A stretch of 59,465 bases of DNA, filler included, from Malassezia furfur (lineage: Eukaryota): assembly GCA_052055015.1 (NCBI GenBank). It is 3 parts of 3 records of this genome, joined end to end, with 100 filler letters (N's around TTAATTAATTAA, not from the genome) between each part and the next. Parts side by side here need not be neighbours in the genome. Positions count along the whole stretch, not along the records: positions 39,869 to 59,465 come from JBQJIT010000185.1; 2 more parts are not named here. The stretch is one strand, 5' to 3'. Shown piece by piece: positions 45,837 through 57,158 of the stretch. The translations under genes were made by a program, and so were the position numbers. Under the pieces are notes generated by a model. That model was not told where the DNA came from, did no database searches, and saw only the letters and a program-made list of their open reading frames with translations. Every line of letters begins with the position of its first letter. The stretch's first letter is position 1.

Positions 45837-47312
45837 ATGCGGTTCGTGTGCCTGGGACTTTGGGGCCTGTGTAGCCTGCTTGTCGCGCATGCAGCACCGG
45901 CCACTTTTTCCCCACGCTCCTCGATTGTATCCCCTGAGAACGACCCCTTTTATCGCCCGCCCAGTGGCTGGGAAGAAAATGCGCTTGGCACCATTTTGCG
46001 TTCACGCGAAATTGTGCCGGCGCTGTTGACCGTGGACGAGGTGCGCGTGGAGCGGGCCTACCAATTGCTTTACCGAACCACGGGGAAAGATGAGTCGGAG
46101 CCGGCTGTAACAGTCACCACGGTTCTGGTCCCTTACAATGCAATCGAGAACCAGCTGGTCGCCCATCTGCCGTATGTGGACGCCGACGGCTCTAGGTGTG
46201 CGCTGAGCTATGCGATCCGGAAGGGCAGTGAATTTCCTGGAGATCTTTTCAAGGACTATCAACTCTTGCTGATGGAACAGATACTGGAAGCAGGCTACAC
46301 GGTGACTTTGCCCGACTACCAAGGCATGAACCGAGCCTTTGGCGTCGGTCCCTTGGCTGGGCGGCAGACCCTGGATGGGATCCAGGCGACCTTGCGCTTT
46401 GACAAGCTCAGCCTGCATAAAGACACGCCCGTTGTGGTCACTGGCTACTCGGGCGGTGCCATTGCATCAGGCTGGAGTGCAGCATTGCATTCCACCTATG
46501 GCAACGCCATCCAGATCAAAGGGTTTGCGATGGGCGGGACGCCGGCCAACATGACGAGCACGCTGTTGCATTTGGACGGCAGTCCGTTTGCCGCATTTGC
46601 GGTGGCTGGTTTCGTGGGTCTTCTGTACACGTATCCCGAGTTGCTTGAGTGGGCAAGTGAGCGCTTGACGTCAAAGGGGAGCCGAGCCGTGGAATTTGCG
46701 CGGTCATCCTGTGTGATGCCCATGTACTTCCGATATCCATTTGCCCGTGTCATCAGCGAGGATTTCCTCCAGAATGGCACGCACCTACTCGACGAGCCGA
46801 TTGTCCGAGCGGTCCTTGCCAATTTGACTCTGGGGGTACCCAAACGGCTGACACCCCAAGTGCCGGTGTACATGTACCATGGCCTGCACGACGAAGTCAT
46901 CCCGTACCGAGATGCCCACAAAACAGCACAGATGTGGGGCAAGCACGGAGCGGATGTCCTTCTTCATACAGACACGTTCCCTGCGCTAGGACATGCGGCG
47001 ACGGAGCTAGCGAATCTGCCCAACTTGCTCTTCTTCATCCAAGACCGTTTTGCAGACAAACCTTTCCCGACGGGTTTCCACAACCGACGGGTATGGAACC
47101 CGCTGGATAGCAAGCGTGCCAAGGAACAGGGCCTGAAGAGTGTGGTGGAAATTATCAGGAACATTTTCGGCGACAAAATTGGTCTTAAAAGGGTGAGGAA
47201 GCTCGCGGTCAAAGCGCGTCGACGGGATAGCACATGCAATGATGTAGAAGCTCTTGGCATTGGGATCCAAGGGTGGGTCCATCATTGCCTTGCACGCCCA
47301 CGGCAAAATTAA
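45837..47312 (+). CDS. Secreted LIP-family lipase (copy 3), apparently intact
   Basis: MRFVCLGLW signal peptide, [27 protein letters not shown] and LGHAATE; TATAAAT at 45797. Confidence 0.9.
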   Translation: MRFVCLGLWGLCSLLVAHAAPATFSPRSSIVSPENDPFYRPPSGWEENALGTILRSREIVPALLTVDEVRVERAYQLLYRTTGKDESEPAVTVTTVLVPYNAIENQLVAHLPYVDADGSRCALSYAIRKGSEFPGDLFKDYQLLLMEQILEAGYTVTLPDYQGMNRAFGVGPLAGRQTLDGIQATLRFDKLSLHKDTPVVVTGYSGGAIASGWSAALHSTYGNAIQIKGFAMGGTPANMTSTLLHLDGSPFAAFAVAGFVGLLYTYPELLEWASERLTSKGSRAVEFARSSCVMPMYFRYPFARVISEDFLQNGTHLLDEPIVRAVLANLTLGVPKRLTPQVPVYMYHGLHDEVIPYRDAHKTAQMWGKHGADVLLHTDTFPALGHAATELANLPNLLFFIQDRFADKPFPTGFHNRRVWNPLDSKRAKEQGLKSVVEIIRNIFGDKIGLKRVRKLAVKARRRDSTCNDVEALGIGIQGWVHHCLARPRQN

Positions 47313-47476
47313 ATGGTCCGCATGTATTGGTTATTTTCGCGGTTTGAACACGTGATTCGTACGGCGGACAAATGCTGTCTGCAAGCATTGCGGGGAAAAT
47401 TCATACGAGTGCAGGCCCGCCTGCTGCGAAGTGGAGAGCGACCTCCACATCGATCCACTGCGCGCGCACCGCAAGC

Positions 47477-49396
47477 ATGGGTCACCCAGAGAACAAACGG
47501 GTGAACTTGAGCTGTTTGCCTTGCCGCTCGCGCAAAATTAAGTGTGATCGGAATGTACCAAACTGCTCAAGTTGTGTAAGACGTGGAATCACACATAAAT
47601 GCCGCTGGGGAGACGAGCGTGATGATCTCGTTCAGAAGCAAGACTCCCCGCCAAAGGGCGCTCTGCTCCAGAACGTTGTCGACGAAGTCATGAACAAGCT
47701 GCAAACGAGGGACACACGCGAACCAGAAATTGTCGACACGGTCGTATCTGCCACACATTTTGCGTGCCAGACTCCACTCGATCGTGCTGGCACGCCTGTC
47801 TGGGAGCGCCACATGCGGTTGCTCCCTGCCGAAGAGGCATGCAAGCGCCACGTACAATTCTTTCTGCAGCACATCAACACGATCATCAATGTGGTCAATG
47901 CGCACCAGTTGCTCGCACAGGTGGCTGAAGTTTACCGGCAGGATCCGCGAAGCGCAGCCAGCGAGTTCTGGGAAGAGCGGCCGAACTGGGGTCTGGTCTC
48001 GCTGGTGTTCGCTATACTGCAGCTTGTGGACGACCATATGGAAAGACAGGACCGTTTGGGTACAAACTGGCACGATGCCGCCATGTATTTTCTCCTCAAC
48101 TCCAATCATATGTGCAAACCTACGTTGCGCACCCTGCAGACGATGGCCATTCTTCGGGAGCGCCTCCTGTACAAGACGCCTTTCCGAGCCGTCATCATGT
48201 GGCACAGTGTCACGATTCGTCTGGCCCAGTCCATGTCGCTGCACCAACTGGGCAGCGTGGGACAAGACGTCCAATACCTCCGGTCCAAATCGTCGTGGTC
48301 CGAAGCCAACTACCTGCCCCAACCCAATTCGTTGGTAGCCGTGTGTGAAAACCTGCGCTTCGGGTATCTGTGGGGGCGGCACTTTTCCAAGGGCGATCTG
48401 TCTGAGCGCGAGATCGGGCGCAAGGTCTGGCACAACCTTCTTGCGTTCGACTGGCTGGCCGCTAACCACGCCAACCATACGTACGTCATCTCCGAGACAT
48501 CCACGTCCACATCGCCGCCAGGCCATTTGGGCGACAAGGAGGTGTTGCAGCTGGATGCATGGGATCCGAACCTGTCCATGGACTTTTGCAGCACGGAGCG
48601 GCCCACCGAAGTGGGCTTTGTGAGTGCTCTGGCCAAGCACGCCGCTTGCACGCGGAAACAAGTGGATTTGGAGAACAACAACCGCGTTGCACACGGCGTC
48701 TCGCGCCTTGACCCCAGCACCATCATGGCCCTGGACACGGAATACCGATTCCTGCTCGCCCAGCTGCCTCGCTATTACCGCCTGGATGGAGCGAGCGAAC
48801 ACGACTGGCAAACCCAGCAGGACCATCTCGAGCGGCCCTGGCTCACCGTTCAACGGTTGGTGCTCCACCAGGAGGTGCACTACCAGCTCATGATTACCCA
48901 CTCTCCCTACCTGATCCAAGGGCTTCGCCAGCCTGCGTTGCAGAAGCACGCGGTCGAGTCGATCCGCTCAGCCAACACAATCGTCGCGTTGTACAAGGAG
49001 ATCCATGCGCTCCGCTCGCCCGTCCAGCAAAAGTTTAACCTGCTCATTCAGCTCCTGTTTGCTGCCCTTATTCTTCATTTTGCCTACGCCATGGGGGACA
49101 ACGTCGCGGGCGCACAGGACATGCGCAAGAACATATGTTTTGTGGTTGAGCACATTCATTCGATTTTTGAGCAGCGTGACATCTTGCATTCCAACGAATT
49201 CACTGGCCTGCTCCGTGCTTTGCGCACAGTCTACGTGGTCCCCGGCCACGCCGCGGGCACCGACAACGAAGCTGAGCTTGGTTCCAATGCAGACGGCGAG
49301 CACGTCTCCAAGATACTCGAGGACGTCACGCTGAATCACGAATTCGACTTTGGGACCTTCGTGCGGCTCATGTCTTCCGTTATGCCGGCCGACTAA
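47477..49396 (+). CDS. Zn(II)2Cys6 fungal transcription factor
   Basis: SCLPCRSRKIKCDRNVPNCSSCVRRGITHKC; middle homology region (IRLAQSMSLH...EREIGRKVW). Confidence 0.92.
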   Translation: MGHPENKRVNLSCLPCRSRKIKCDRNVPNCSSCVRRGITHKCRWGDERDDLVQKQDSPPKGALLQNVVDEVMNKLQTRDTREPEIVDTVVSATHFACQTPLDRAGTPVWERHMRLLPAEEACKRHVQFFLQHINTIINVVNAHQLLAQVAEVYRQDPRSAASEFWEERPNWGLVSLVFAILQLVDDHMERQDRLGTNWHDAAMYFLLNSNHMCKPTLRTLQTMAILRERLLYKTPFRAVIMWHSVTIRLAQSMSLHQLGSVGQDVQYLRSKSSWSEANYLPQPNSLVAVCENLRFGYLWGRHFSKGDLSEREIGRKVWHNLLAFDWLAANHANHTYVISETSTSTSPPGHLGDKEVLQLDAWDPNLSMDFCSTERPTEVGFVSALAKHAACTRKQVDLENNNRVAHGVSRLDPSTIMALDTEYRFLLAQLPRYYRLDGASEHDWQTQQDHLERPWLTVQRLVLHQEVHYQLMITHSPYLIQGLRQPALQKHAVESIRSANTIVALYKEIHALRSPVQQKFNLLIQLLFAALILHFAYAMGDNVAGAQDMRKNICFVVEHIHSIFEQRDILHSNEFTGLLRALRTVYVVPGHAAGTDNEAELGSNADGEHVSKILEDVTLNHEFDFGTFVRLMSSVMPAD

Positions 49397-49488
49397 GATC
49401 CGCCCGGGCCCACGCGCATACGAAGAGAGCTGCGACTACGTCTCATCCCATTATACCCATTACATAAGATACGCCTATTGTTACATGA

Positions 49489-50757
49489 TCAAGCTTCTTC
49501 CACCCGACGCTTCTTCCAGAACTTGATCTGGTCCTTCGAAACGAGCGGCTTCTTGCCCTGCTGAGTGCGGCGGTCATTCGCCCACATCACCATGACAATG
49601 GCCACAATGGCCACCCAGTAGAGACAGTAAGAGGTGAGAGAACCGACCGTGGCCGTGTTGTTCCATCCCACCAGCGTGTTGAAAATGGACCAACCCGAGC
49701 CACCGTCGTCGGTCTTGTCTTCGGGGTTGCAGCAGTCCAAGTGCCACACATAGTTGCGCGCGTCGTACGTGCCGTAGCTATTACCACCCTCGGTCGCCGC
49801 ATAGTCTACCAGCTTGACGTACTGGTAGAACTCAAGGTAGTAAACCGAGCGCGAGAACATGCCAGCGGAAATGACCAGAAGGCAGCACGTCATCGTAACC
49901 AGGATCGGCTTCATTTTGGCAAAGCCCTTGGCACGGAAACAGAGGTAGCCGACCAAGAAGCCCACAATCAGACCCACAATGGCAGGCAGCGGAATCGAAG
50001 ACGCAGGGAGACCGAGCGAAACACCACCAATGAACACAATGGCCTCGAGACCCTCACGCGCCGTCGTGATCAGCGGAATCAAAAAGATGGCAGTCGCACC
50101 CTTGGCCTCGCCGTCAAACGGACGGCGGATCAGGCGCCAGATGCTGACACCCTCCTTGTCCTTGGCCTGTTCGAATTTCTGAAGATCGCTGCTGTGATCG
50201 AGCTCCACCTTCTCCGCCGGAGGCAGGGGCGCATGGCCAGTGCTGTCGGCGTCTTCGGGGTGAAGAATACCCTCGGTGCGTTCCGCAACGTTTTCCTCCA
50301 CGTTAGGCATCTCCTCTTTGCCCTTGGACATAGTCTCGATACCCGCAAACGCCTTGGCGAGTTTCTTGCGCCACTTGACGCGGGACTTGTCGGCCTGAAG
50401 AATGGCGAGCGACATGGGCGTGATGAGAACCACGGCGATAAGGTTGAGGATACCCTCCCAGAGCTCCTCCATACTGCCGTACACGTCAGTTTGTGACACC
50501 GACGTGTAGAACACTGCCAGACAGACAGCACCGATGATTGCGGCGATCAATAAACCGGTTAAAGCGCCGCCGACGACATAGATACGGAGCTTCTTGATGA
50601 GCTTGCGCTGGCCGGCGTCCATCTCATCCTTTTTCTTGCCGACGATGCGCTCGAGCATACCGGACAAGATACCAATGACCAGTGCCGCTTCGAGAGACTC
50701 ACGGAAGGCAATGAAAAAGATTGCTGGGGCAAACACCTTATTGCCGGTGGACGCCAT
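49489..50757 (-). CDS. FTR1: High-affinity iron permease Ftr1
   Basis: Two REXLE motifs (RESLE, REGLE), EELWEG, WHLDCCNPE and GWNNTAT. Confidence 0.95.
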   Translation of the reverse strand: MASTGNKVFAPAIFFIAFRESLEAALVIGILSGMLERIVGKKKDEMDAGQRKLIKKLRIYVVGGALTGLLIAAIIGAVCLAVFYTSVSQTDVYGSMEELWEGILNLIAVVLITPMSLAILQADKSRVKWRKKLAKAFAGIETMSKGKEEMPNVEENVAERTEGILHPEDADSTGHAPLPPAEKVELDHSSDLQKFEQAKDKEGVSIWRLIRRPFDGEAKGATAIFLIPLITTAREGLEAIVFIGGVSLGLPASSIPLPAIVGLIVGFLVGYLCFRAKGFAKMKPILVTMTCCLLVISAGMFSRSVYYLEFYQYVKLVDYAATEGGNSYGTYDARNYVWHLDCCNPEDKTDDGGSGWSIFNTLVGWNNTATVGSLTSYCLYWVAIVAIVMVMWANDRRTQQGKKPLVSKDQIKFWKKRRVEEA

Positions 50758-50986
50758 GATGGGAAGTCTCGTCTACCGCTTGGCTCGCGACACGATCGCC
50801 TTTATAGTATCTATAGTTAATTTTTCATCAAAAACGCTAAAGTGTGCAGCTCGCGTGTTTGTATCGATCGATTATGCCATCTGATGAACATGCGTAGGAC
50901 TCTCCCCTAATTTACCTTTTCGAGTCGACCAGTTCGCTTGATTGACAGCTGGGTAAGGCAGCTTTGTTCTTTTTTAACTTAATGTG

Positions 50987-51021
50987 TTATCAGCCAATGG
51001 CATTATTCCCGATTAACCAAT
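50987..51021. promoter_or_regulatory. Candidate GATA (TGATAA, minus strand) and CCAAT sites in the FTR1/FET3 divergent promoter
   Basis: TTATCAG 50987-50993, immediately followed by CCAAT 50994-50998; second CCAAT at 51017-51021. Confidence 0.4.
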
Positions 51022-51180
51022 CAACGCCCGTGTGGCACATGACTCATGCAACTTCGCAGGATTTGCACCCCCTTCATCAATTTTGTTGATGGGCTGATTG
51101 CAAATCGAAGACATGGCGAAAAAACGAGCGACTATACATATGGGCGACTTGCGAAGCGAGGCATAGTCAGCTGTGTCCTG

Positions 51181-53070
51181 ATGGTGCTCCCATACCTTAT
51201 CGGCTTGGCGCTTGTGTCGGTTGCCAATGCCGCTCGAGTCACGTACGACTGGACTGTTACCAAAGTTCCGAACATAAACCCGGACGGGCTACAGCCTCGT
51301 ACCGTGCTGGGCATCAACGGTCAATGGCCGCCGCCCCCGATCAACATCAACTCGTCGGACCAGTTTAACATCAACTTTAAGAATGGTCTCGGTGACGGCA
51401 CGCCGAGCACGCTGCACTCGCACGGCATGTTCTTCAACCGGACCAACTTTTTCGACGGTGCGGGTATGATTACGCAATGCCCGATCCCGGACGGTCAGGG
51501 CATGGTGTATGAGGTGCTCAACTCGCCCCGCTCGCCTCCCGAGCGCTTCAACACCCAATGGGGTACCTACTGGACACACTCGCACTACAAGGGGCAGTAT
51601 GTGGACGGCTTCCGCATGCCTTCCGTCATCCACAATGTGGACGACCAGGGCAACAACCGCGAGGCGCACCAGTACGACGACGACTTCACCATTTCCCTGG
51701 GTGACTGGTACCACGAGTGGTCGGGCGTCTTGAACGAGACCGAGTTTATGACCGTGTCCAACCCGAGCGGTGCGGAGCCGATCCCCAAGTCGCACCTGAT
51801 GTACTTCCAGCACACGCCTTGGAACGGCCAGGCGAGCAACCTGCCGGGCTTTAACGAGAATGCCACGCTCCACTTTGAGCCGGGCAAGACGTACCGCCTG
51901 CGCCTGGTCAACATGGCGTCGCTGGCCATGTTCTACTTCTGGATCGAGGGTCACCAAATGGAAATCATCGAGGTTGACGGTGTCGACACGCAGGCGTTCC
52001 CGGTGGACCACGTCTCGATCTCGGTCGCCCAGCGTGTTTCGGTGCTGGTCCGGGCGCGCGAGGACGCCGACCCGAAGAACTGGCGCATCAACCTCGTCGC
52101 CGACGGTGACATGTACGACAACATCCCCGACGACCTGCAGATGAACGTCACGAGCACGATTTCGTACGGCGACGGTCTCCCGTACGGCGATGATGGCCGC
52201 GCCACGCTCGACGAGCTCGACATCTTTGACGAGACGCAGCTTGTGCCCGTGGTTCCTATCCCGATGTACGAGCTTACCGACCCTTCGCAGAGCCACCGTC
52301 TCGACATTTACTTTACCACGTTCTTGAACGGTATCAACTATGCCACGTTCAACAACAACACGTTCGTTGCACCGCTCGTTCCTTCCATCATGACCATGGC
52401 CTCGGAGGGTGAAAAGGCTCTGGACCCGCTGTACTTTGGCCCGAACGCCCATGCGATCACCTCGCGGCATCTCGAGGTTGTCGAATTTGTTCTGTACAAC
52501 TGGGACTCTGGTTACCATCCGTTCCACCTGCACGGCACAAGCTTCCAGGTTGTGTGGCGCCAGGAGGACCTCACCTCGGACGACCCCGCCGACAAGCCGG
52601 AATTCAACCCCAACCAGACGAACCCGATCCGTCGCGACACGGTCATGGTGCCGCCGGCGGGCAGGGTCGCGATCCGCTTCATTGCGGACAACCCTGGCGC
52701 CTGGTTCTTCCACTGCCACATTGACTGGCACTTGGCCTCGGGTCTGGCGCTTGTCATGATCCAGGGCCCGGAGGTGTTCCAGCAGATGTACGGCGACATG
52801 CCCTCGACGCTGTACGAGCAGTGCCGTGCGCAGAACATGAACACCACGGGTAACGCGGGTGGCATTCCCAACTCGACAACCTACTTTGGTCTGCTCCCCG
52901 CCGAGCCGGAGCTGCCCAAGATCGGCTGGACGCCGGTCATGATCGGTACCTTTGTTGCCTGCATTCTCGCGGCGTTGATGGGCATTTCGGCTCTTTGCAT
53001 CTACGGTATGCAGCCCAGCCCTGAGGACGACGACGAGGTCGAGGACTACGAGGACCACCACGTTGAGTAA
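51181..53070 (+). CDS. FET3: Fet3-type multicopper ferroxidase
   Basis: Signal peptide; Cu motifs HSHG, WTHSH, HPFHLHG and HCHIDWHLASGL; EPIP; C-terminal TM helix; divergent from FTR1. Confidence 0.95.
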   Translation: MVLPYLIGLALVSVANAARVTYDWTVTKVPNINPDGLQPRTVLGINGQWPPPPININSSDQFNINFKNGLGDGTPSTLHSHGMFFNRTNFFDGAGMITQCPIPDGQGMVYEVLNSPRSPPERFNTQWGTYWTHSHYKGQYVDGFRMPSVIHNVDDQGNNREAHQYDDDFTISLGDWYHEWSGVLNETEFMTVSNPSGAEPIPKSHLMYFQHTPWNGQASNLPGFNENATLHFEPGKTYRLRLVNMASLAMFYFWIEGHQMEIIEVDGVDTQAFPVDHVSISVAQRVSVLVRAREDADPKNWRINLVADGDMYDNIPDDLQMNVTSTISYGDGLPYGDDGRATLDELDIFDETQLVPVVPIPMYELTDPSQSHRLDIYFTTFLNGINYATFNNNTFVAPLVPSIMTMASEGEKALDPLYFGPNAHAITSRHLEVVEFVLYNWDSGYHPFHLHGTSFQVVWRQEDLTSDDPADKPEFNPNQTNPIRRDTVMVPPAGRVAIRFIADNPGAWFFHCHIDWHLASGLALVMIQGPEVFQQMYGDMPSTLYEQCRAQNMNTTGNAGGIPNSTTYFGLLPAEPELPKIGWTPVMIGTFVACILAALMGISALCIYGMQPSPEDDDEVEDYEDHHVE

Positions 53071-53084
53071 ACAATTGTACTTTA

Positions 53085-53116
53085 TTAGGAAACCAGATTA
53101 GGACTAGGGAGGGTTA
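53085..53116 (+). repeat. Degenerate interstitial telomere-like repeats
   Basis: TTAGGA 53085-53090, TTAGGA 53098-53103, CTAGGG 53104-53109, then AGGGTTA. Confidence 0.4.
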
Positions 53117-53411
53117 TGGTAAGCATCTTTTGCTATTCTATGCATATCGAGGGCAACGACCGCCGTCAACATTTCAAGAAGGATTCATGCAGGACCAGCG
53201 GTGTCGATCAGTGCATCAGCTTGCAGCCAACCTTGAATTCTCGGGGCCATTACCTCGCTCCATGCAATGCCGGAATTTAAATTGCAAACCGTACACAAAC
53301 GTAGTCGACCTGGTAGATTGGGTACGATCGAATCATTTACACCCTCCAAACTTTCCTGGAGTCGAGTGCGGCTATAAAAAAGAACGTTTCGAATGTCCTC
53401 CGAGTCACGGT

Positions 53412-54818
53412 CTATTCCGAGTTGGCCGGGGCAGCGGCAAGATGCTTATTATGCTTCGCACCATGCTTAGAAGATGCGTGCGAGTGATTCTCGTGTTCAA
53501 AAATCACTTTCGTGTCACCTTTGATGATCTTCCTCTTGGCCGCAAGAACACGAGCCTCGTTACCGACATTCTCTCCAAAGACGGCCATGAGCGCATCGAG
53601 AATCTCGTCCGCATTGCCGCCGAGCACAGAGGGATCGAAAAGCAGCGAACTTTGGATCGTGAACTGACATCCACTGGGTACTGGCTGGTTGTTGAACAGG
53701 TCACGGATGAAGCGGAAAGCGGGAACACTTCCTGTAATTTCTGTAGTGAAATGACCCATTTCCGCGTTCGTGTACGAGTGGAACTGGACCTGCGCGCCAT
53801 TCCGACACCATGCCCTAGCAGTCTTGTGTGCATCTCCATATGGCACAATCTCATCTTGTTGAGCATGGTACATAAAGACAGGGGCATCCGGCGTTTCATG
53901 TGCCTTAAGCCCCATCGTCAGTTCCGTAAACAACTCTTGCACGACTGGCTCATCAAAAATCCTGGGTCCCCGGGTTTGGAAGTCGTACGAATAGATAGAC
54001 CGGAATGGATAGCGCAGGATGATTTCCTGCAGGCACGACCGGTGGCAAAACTCGATGGCACGCCTGCCAGCAGCGTTGAGCACCGAGGAAAGATACTCGC
54101 GAATCTTGGGGTACACGTCACGAATGCCCGTCAGTCCCGAAAGAATGATGCCCGAAAAGACCGTGTTGTCAATGTGGTTGATCGTTCCCGAAAGATTGGA
54201 CGGAGTACCGCCATAGGCCCACCCGATGACGTTCAACTCGGGGGCATACGAAGGCTTGAGCGAAGACGCCCAGCCTAGCGTAATGGCACCACCAGAATAT
54301 CCGTAACCAACAACACGGGTATTTTTGCTAAGGTTGAGCTTGCTGAACGCAAGAGTAGCGCGAACCGAGTCCAACGTCAACATGATATAGCCCTACTGCA
54401 AGTATTGCAAGAAGAATGTTTCGTCCAACCAAAATACGATATTTGTCTGAGAATTGTAGGTATAACCAGCACTAGGGGTGCATTGTTGACCATTCGCATC
54501 CTGAGCAGTGGAACCGATAACCAGAGCATCCTTCTTGGCATTGTGGGGAACAAGAATTGTAGTCACAGTATGAGAAGGCTCATTAGGAGTGTTCAAACTC
54601 GTACGGTACAGGAGCTGATATGCTTCCGCAACATTGAAGTCACCACCGATGAACTTGGGTTCAATCTTGCGCCAGCGAAGAATCTCACCCGGCTGCTTTG
54701 ATTGCCAACCCTCATCAGGCTGGTAAAAAGGATCGTCGTTGCCGCGTTTCAGGACAAAGGCATGCCCATTTAGAGCCACAAAAAAGAGGAAGATCAAGTA
54801 TCGAAGGAACTGAGACAT
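53412..54818 (-). pseudogene. Secreted LIP-family lipase (copy 4, divergent), with a stop and an internal deletion
   Basis: MSQFLRYLIF..., DDPFY, FFLQYLQ*GYIMLTLDSVR (TAG 54395-54393). About 20 aa including the PDxEG motif of the paralogs are missing. GYSGG, DEIVPY and MGH are retained. Confidence 0.88.
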
Positions 54819-56141
54819 CTACGTGTATATGCACGGGGTTAGTTCATCTTTTATAGAAGAGAAAATGGTACGGGACTACCCGTTCGTTATCGTTACAAGC
54901 TCTACAACATGGTTTGTTGCAGCTCAGGAGAATCCCTTACACGAATCTCAATGCGCTTCCTACACTCGAGAGCAGATTGTGGGGTACGGTCAACGTTTTC
55001 GAGAGGTCGGGTGAATAAATGTTGAGCGCTCTATTGGTCCAATGAAAGGCCCATGTGCGTCGATAGAATATTTTTGCCACGTGCAGCTGAGTTTAAGTGA
55101 CGGCACTCGTAGCGGGCCGTGTGAAATTGTCAGTCGGTTAACCGAAAGTCAAACTCGCTAGCCGTTCAAGTAGCTGTCATCACCAATTTCACTCGGCGGT
55201 AAGCCCTGGATGGTAACAAGCAATTAATGATAAACTTATATAGTACGGTAAAAGGATACTCAGAAGGTTCAGTCATGGATCGTTGTTTTACTTGTGCAGC
55301 AACTGCTATGGATGGATAAAATTTGGCAAACGAAATCTGCACACAAGGGTGTGAAAAAGGACTGCTGCATGAAAAATTTGTTTGAAGCAGTGAGAATGAT
55401 ATAGTGCTTGGTATTCTTGATCGTAATACATGCCTGAGAGCAACGTATGGATGATCAAGCAAATATTACGACAGCTACCAAAAAAATGTCGGTAGGCCTA
55501 AAAATCCAAGGAACGACTAATGTGACCTAACTATGGCCTTAATACTTTACTTCTGCCTGTCTAACTCACTAGAACGCTCCTTAAAAGAATTGATTGATCA
55601 GGAAGGTGCAAGGGTCGTGTCCCCACCGCGCTAGGAAACTGTGACTACCCTGCCCCTCCACATCCACGGATATGGCTAAAAAGGGCCGATTTTGCGTTGG
55701 ACCACATTCGATTGATGGCTGCCCTGTCTGTAATCCAATGTGTGCAAGGTTGATGACTAGCTATTTTCCAGCATCTTTAGAAACACCGAATTCGCCTACT
55801 TTCACCAAGTTCTATGGATTAAGGTTTGAAGTACATTACTGGAATGCACCTATCTCTTGGTGCATTGTGTGTGTTTGCTCTTGAAAAGGTTCCCTATTCT
55901 TAGAACTTAATCTCTATACTGATGCAAATGCGGATCAAACGTGAAAGGTGAGTTATTTCTGGAAACACTATTTCGTATAGAACATTTAGCACCAAAGTCT
56001 TGACAAACATCATTATGTAGTAGTGTCGCGGCCCTCTGTTTTGCTTGCAGACGGCTGGGAAACGACCATATTTTTACAAGCAAACATAGAAGCCCACGTT
56101 GTTTGCCGTTGCTGGTGAGAGCCACAAAACCAAACCATCGT

Positions 56142-57158
56142 CTAGAAAATGATTGGCTGAACAGGTTTAGGCTTGTAAGGCTCCTTGAGGTATTCAATCT
56201 CCTCCTCGGACAGCTTGACTTTAAGAGCCTCAACCGCCTCATCGATCCGCTTTGGCTTGTTCAGCCCAAGAATTGGCGCAACGCCCGTGTGGCTTAACTG
56301 CCAGGCGATGGCAATCTGCGCCATCGCCACATTCTTTTTCTTGGCCAGTTCTTCCACACGGCGCACAATCTCGCGATCTGAGTCCGTCGAGTCGTTCCGC
56401 ATGATGGATTTCATGAGCTCGTCGGTCTGCGCGCGCTTCGAAGACTCGTCGTTCCAGGGGCGTGTCAAGAGACCCGCTGCAAGTGAGTACCATGGAACCA
56501 GGCCCACACCGGTCGCCTGACAGTAGGGAATCATCTCGCGCTCCTCTTCACGATACAGCAGGTTGTACAGGTTCTGCATCGAGATGAACTTGTACCAGCC
56601 GTGCTTTTCGGCTATATTCTGGAGCTGCTGGAACTCCCACGCAGCCATTGAGCTCGCACCAATGTAGCGCACCAAACCCTGTTCAATCACGTCGTTCAAA
56701 GCGCGCATAATCTCCTCCTTGGGTGTCTCACGGTCGAGGCGATGGATCTGGAGCACATCAATGTAAGTACCAAGGCGCTTGACGCTCTTGGCCACTGCAT
56801 CAAGGATATGCTTGCGCGAGAGACCCTTCATGTTAATCATAGGGTCGTCGCCTGTGCCCGCCGAGTATTGGTTTTCCTCATTAACCGGAAAGTTGACCTT
56901 GGTCATAATCACCACACGCTCGCGAGGGATGTTGTACTTCTTGAGCGCCTTTCCGACAATCTCCTCCGAGAGACCGTTGCTGTACACATCGGCAGTGTCC
57001 CAGGTGTTGATGCCGGCCTTGTACGCGTGCTCAAAGATCGGCAGCGACTCTTCCTCGTTCATGACCCAGGGCTGTCACTTGTCTGAGCCAAAGGTCATGC
57101 AGCCCATGATGACTTTGGAGACCTTGAGGCCCGAGTTGCCCAGGTTGACGTATTCCAT
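56142..57158 (-). pseudogene. Aldo-keto reductase (aryl-alcohol dehydrogenase-like) with in-frame TGA at codon 28
   Basis: MEYVNLGNSGLKVSKVIMGCMTFGSDK*QPWVM (TGA 57077-57075), DTADVYSNG, GLSRKHI, IDVLQIHR and YIGASSM. Confidence 0.85.

Noticed and set aside
53130..54278. 382-aa + strand ORF
   Set aside because: Antisense to lipase 4; no recognisable family.
54830..56130. AT-rich 1.3-kb spacer as a possible centromere or transposon remnant
   Set aside because: Only ~4 kb from the telomere; no terminal repeats, target duplications or recognisable coding relic.
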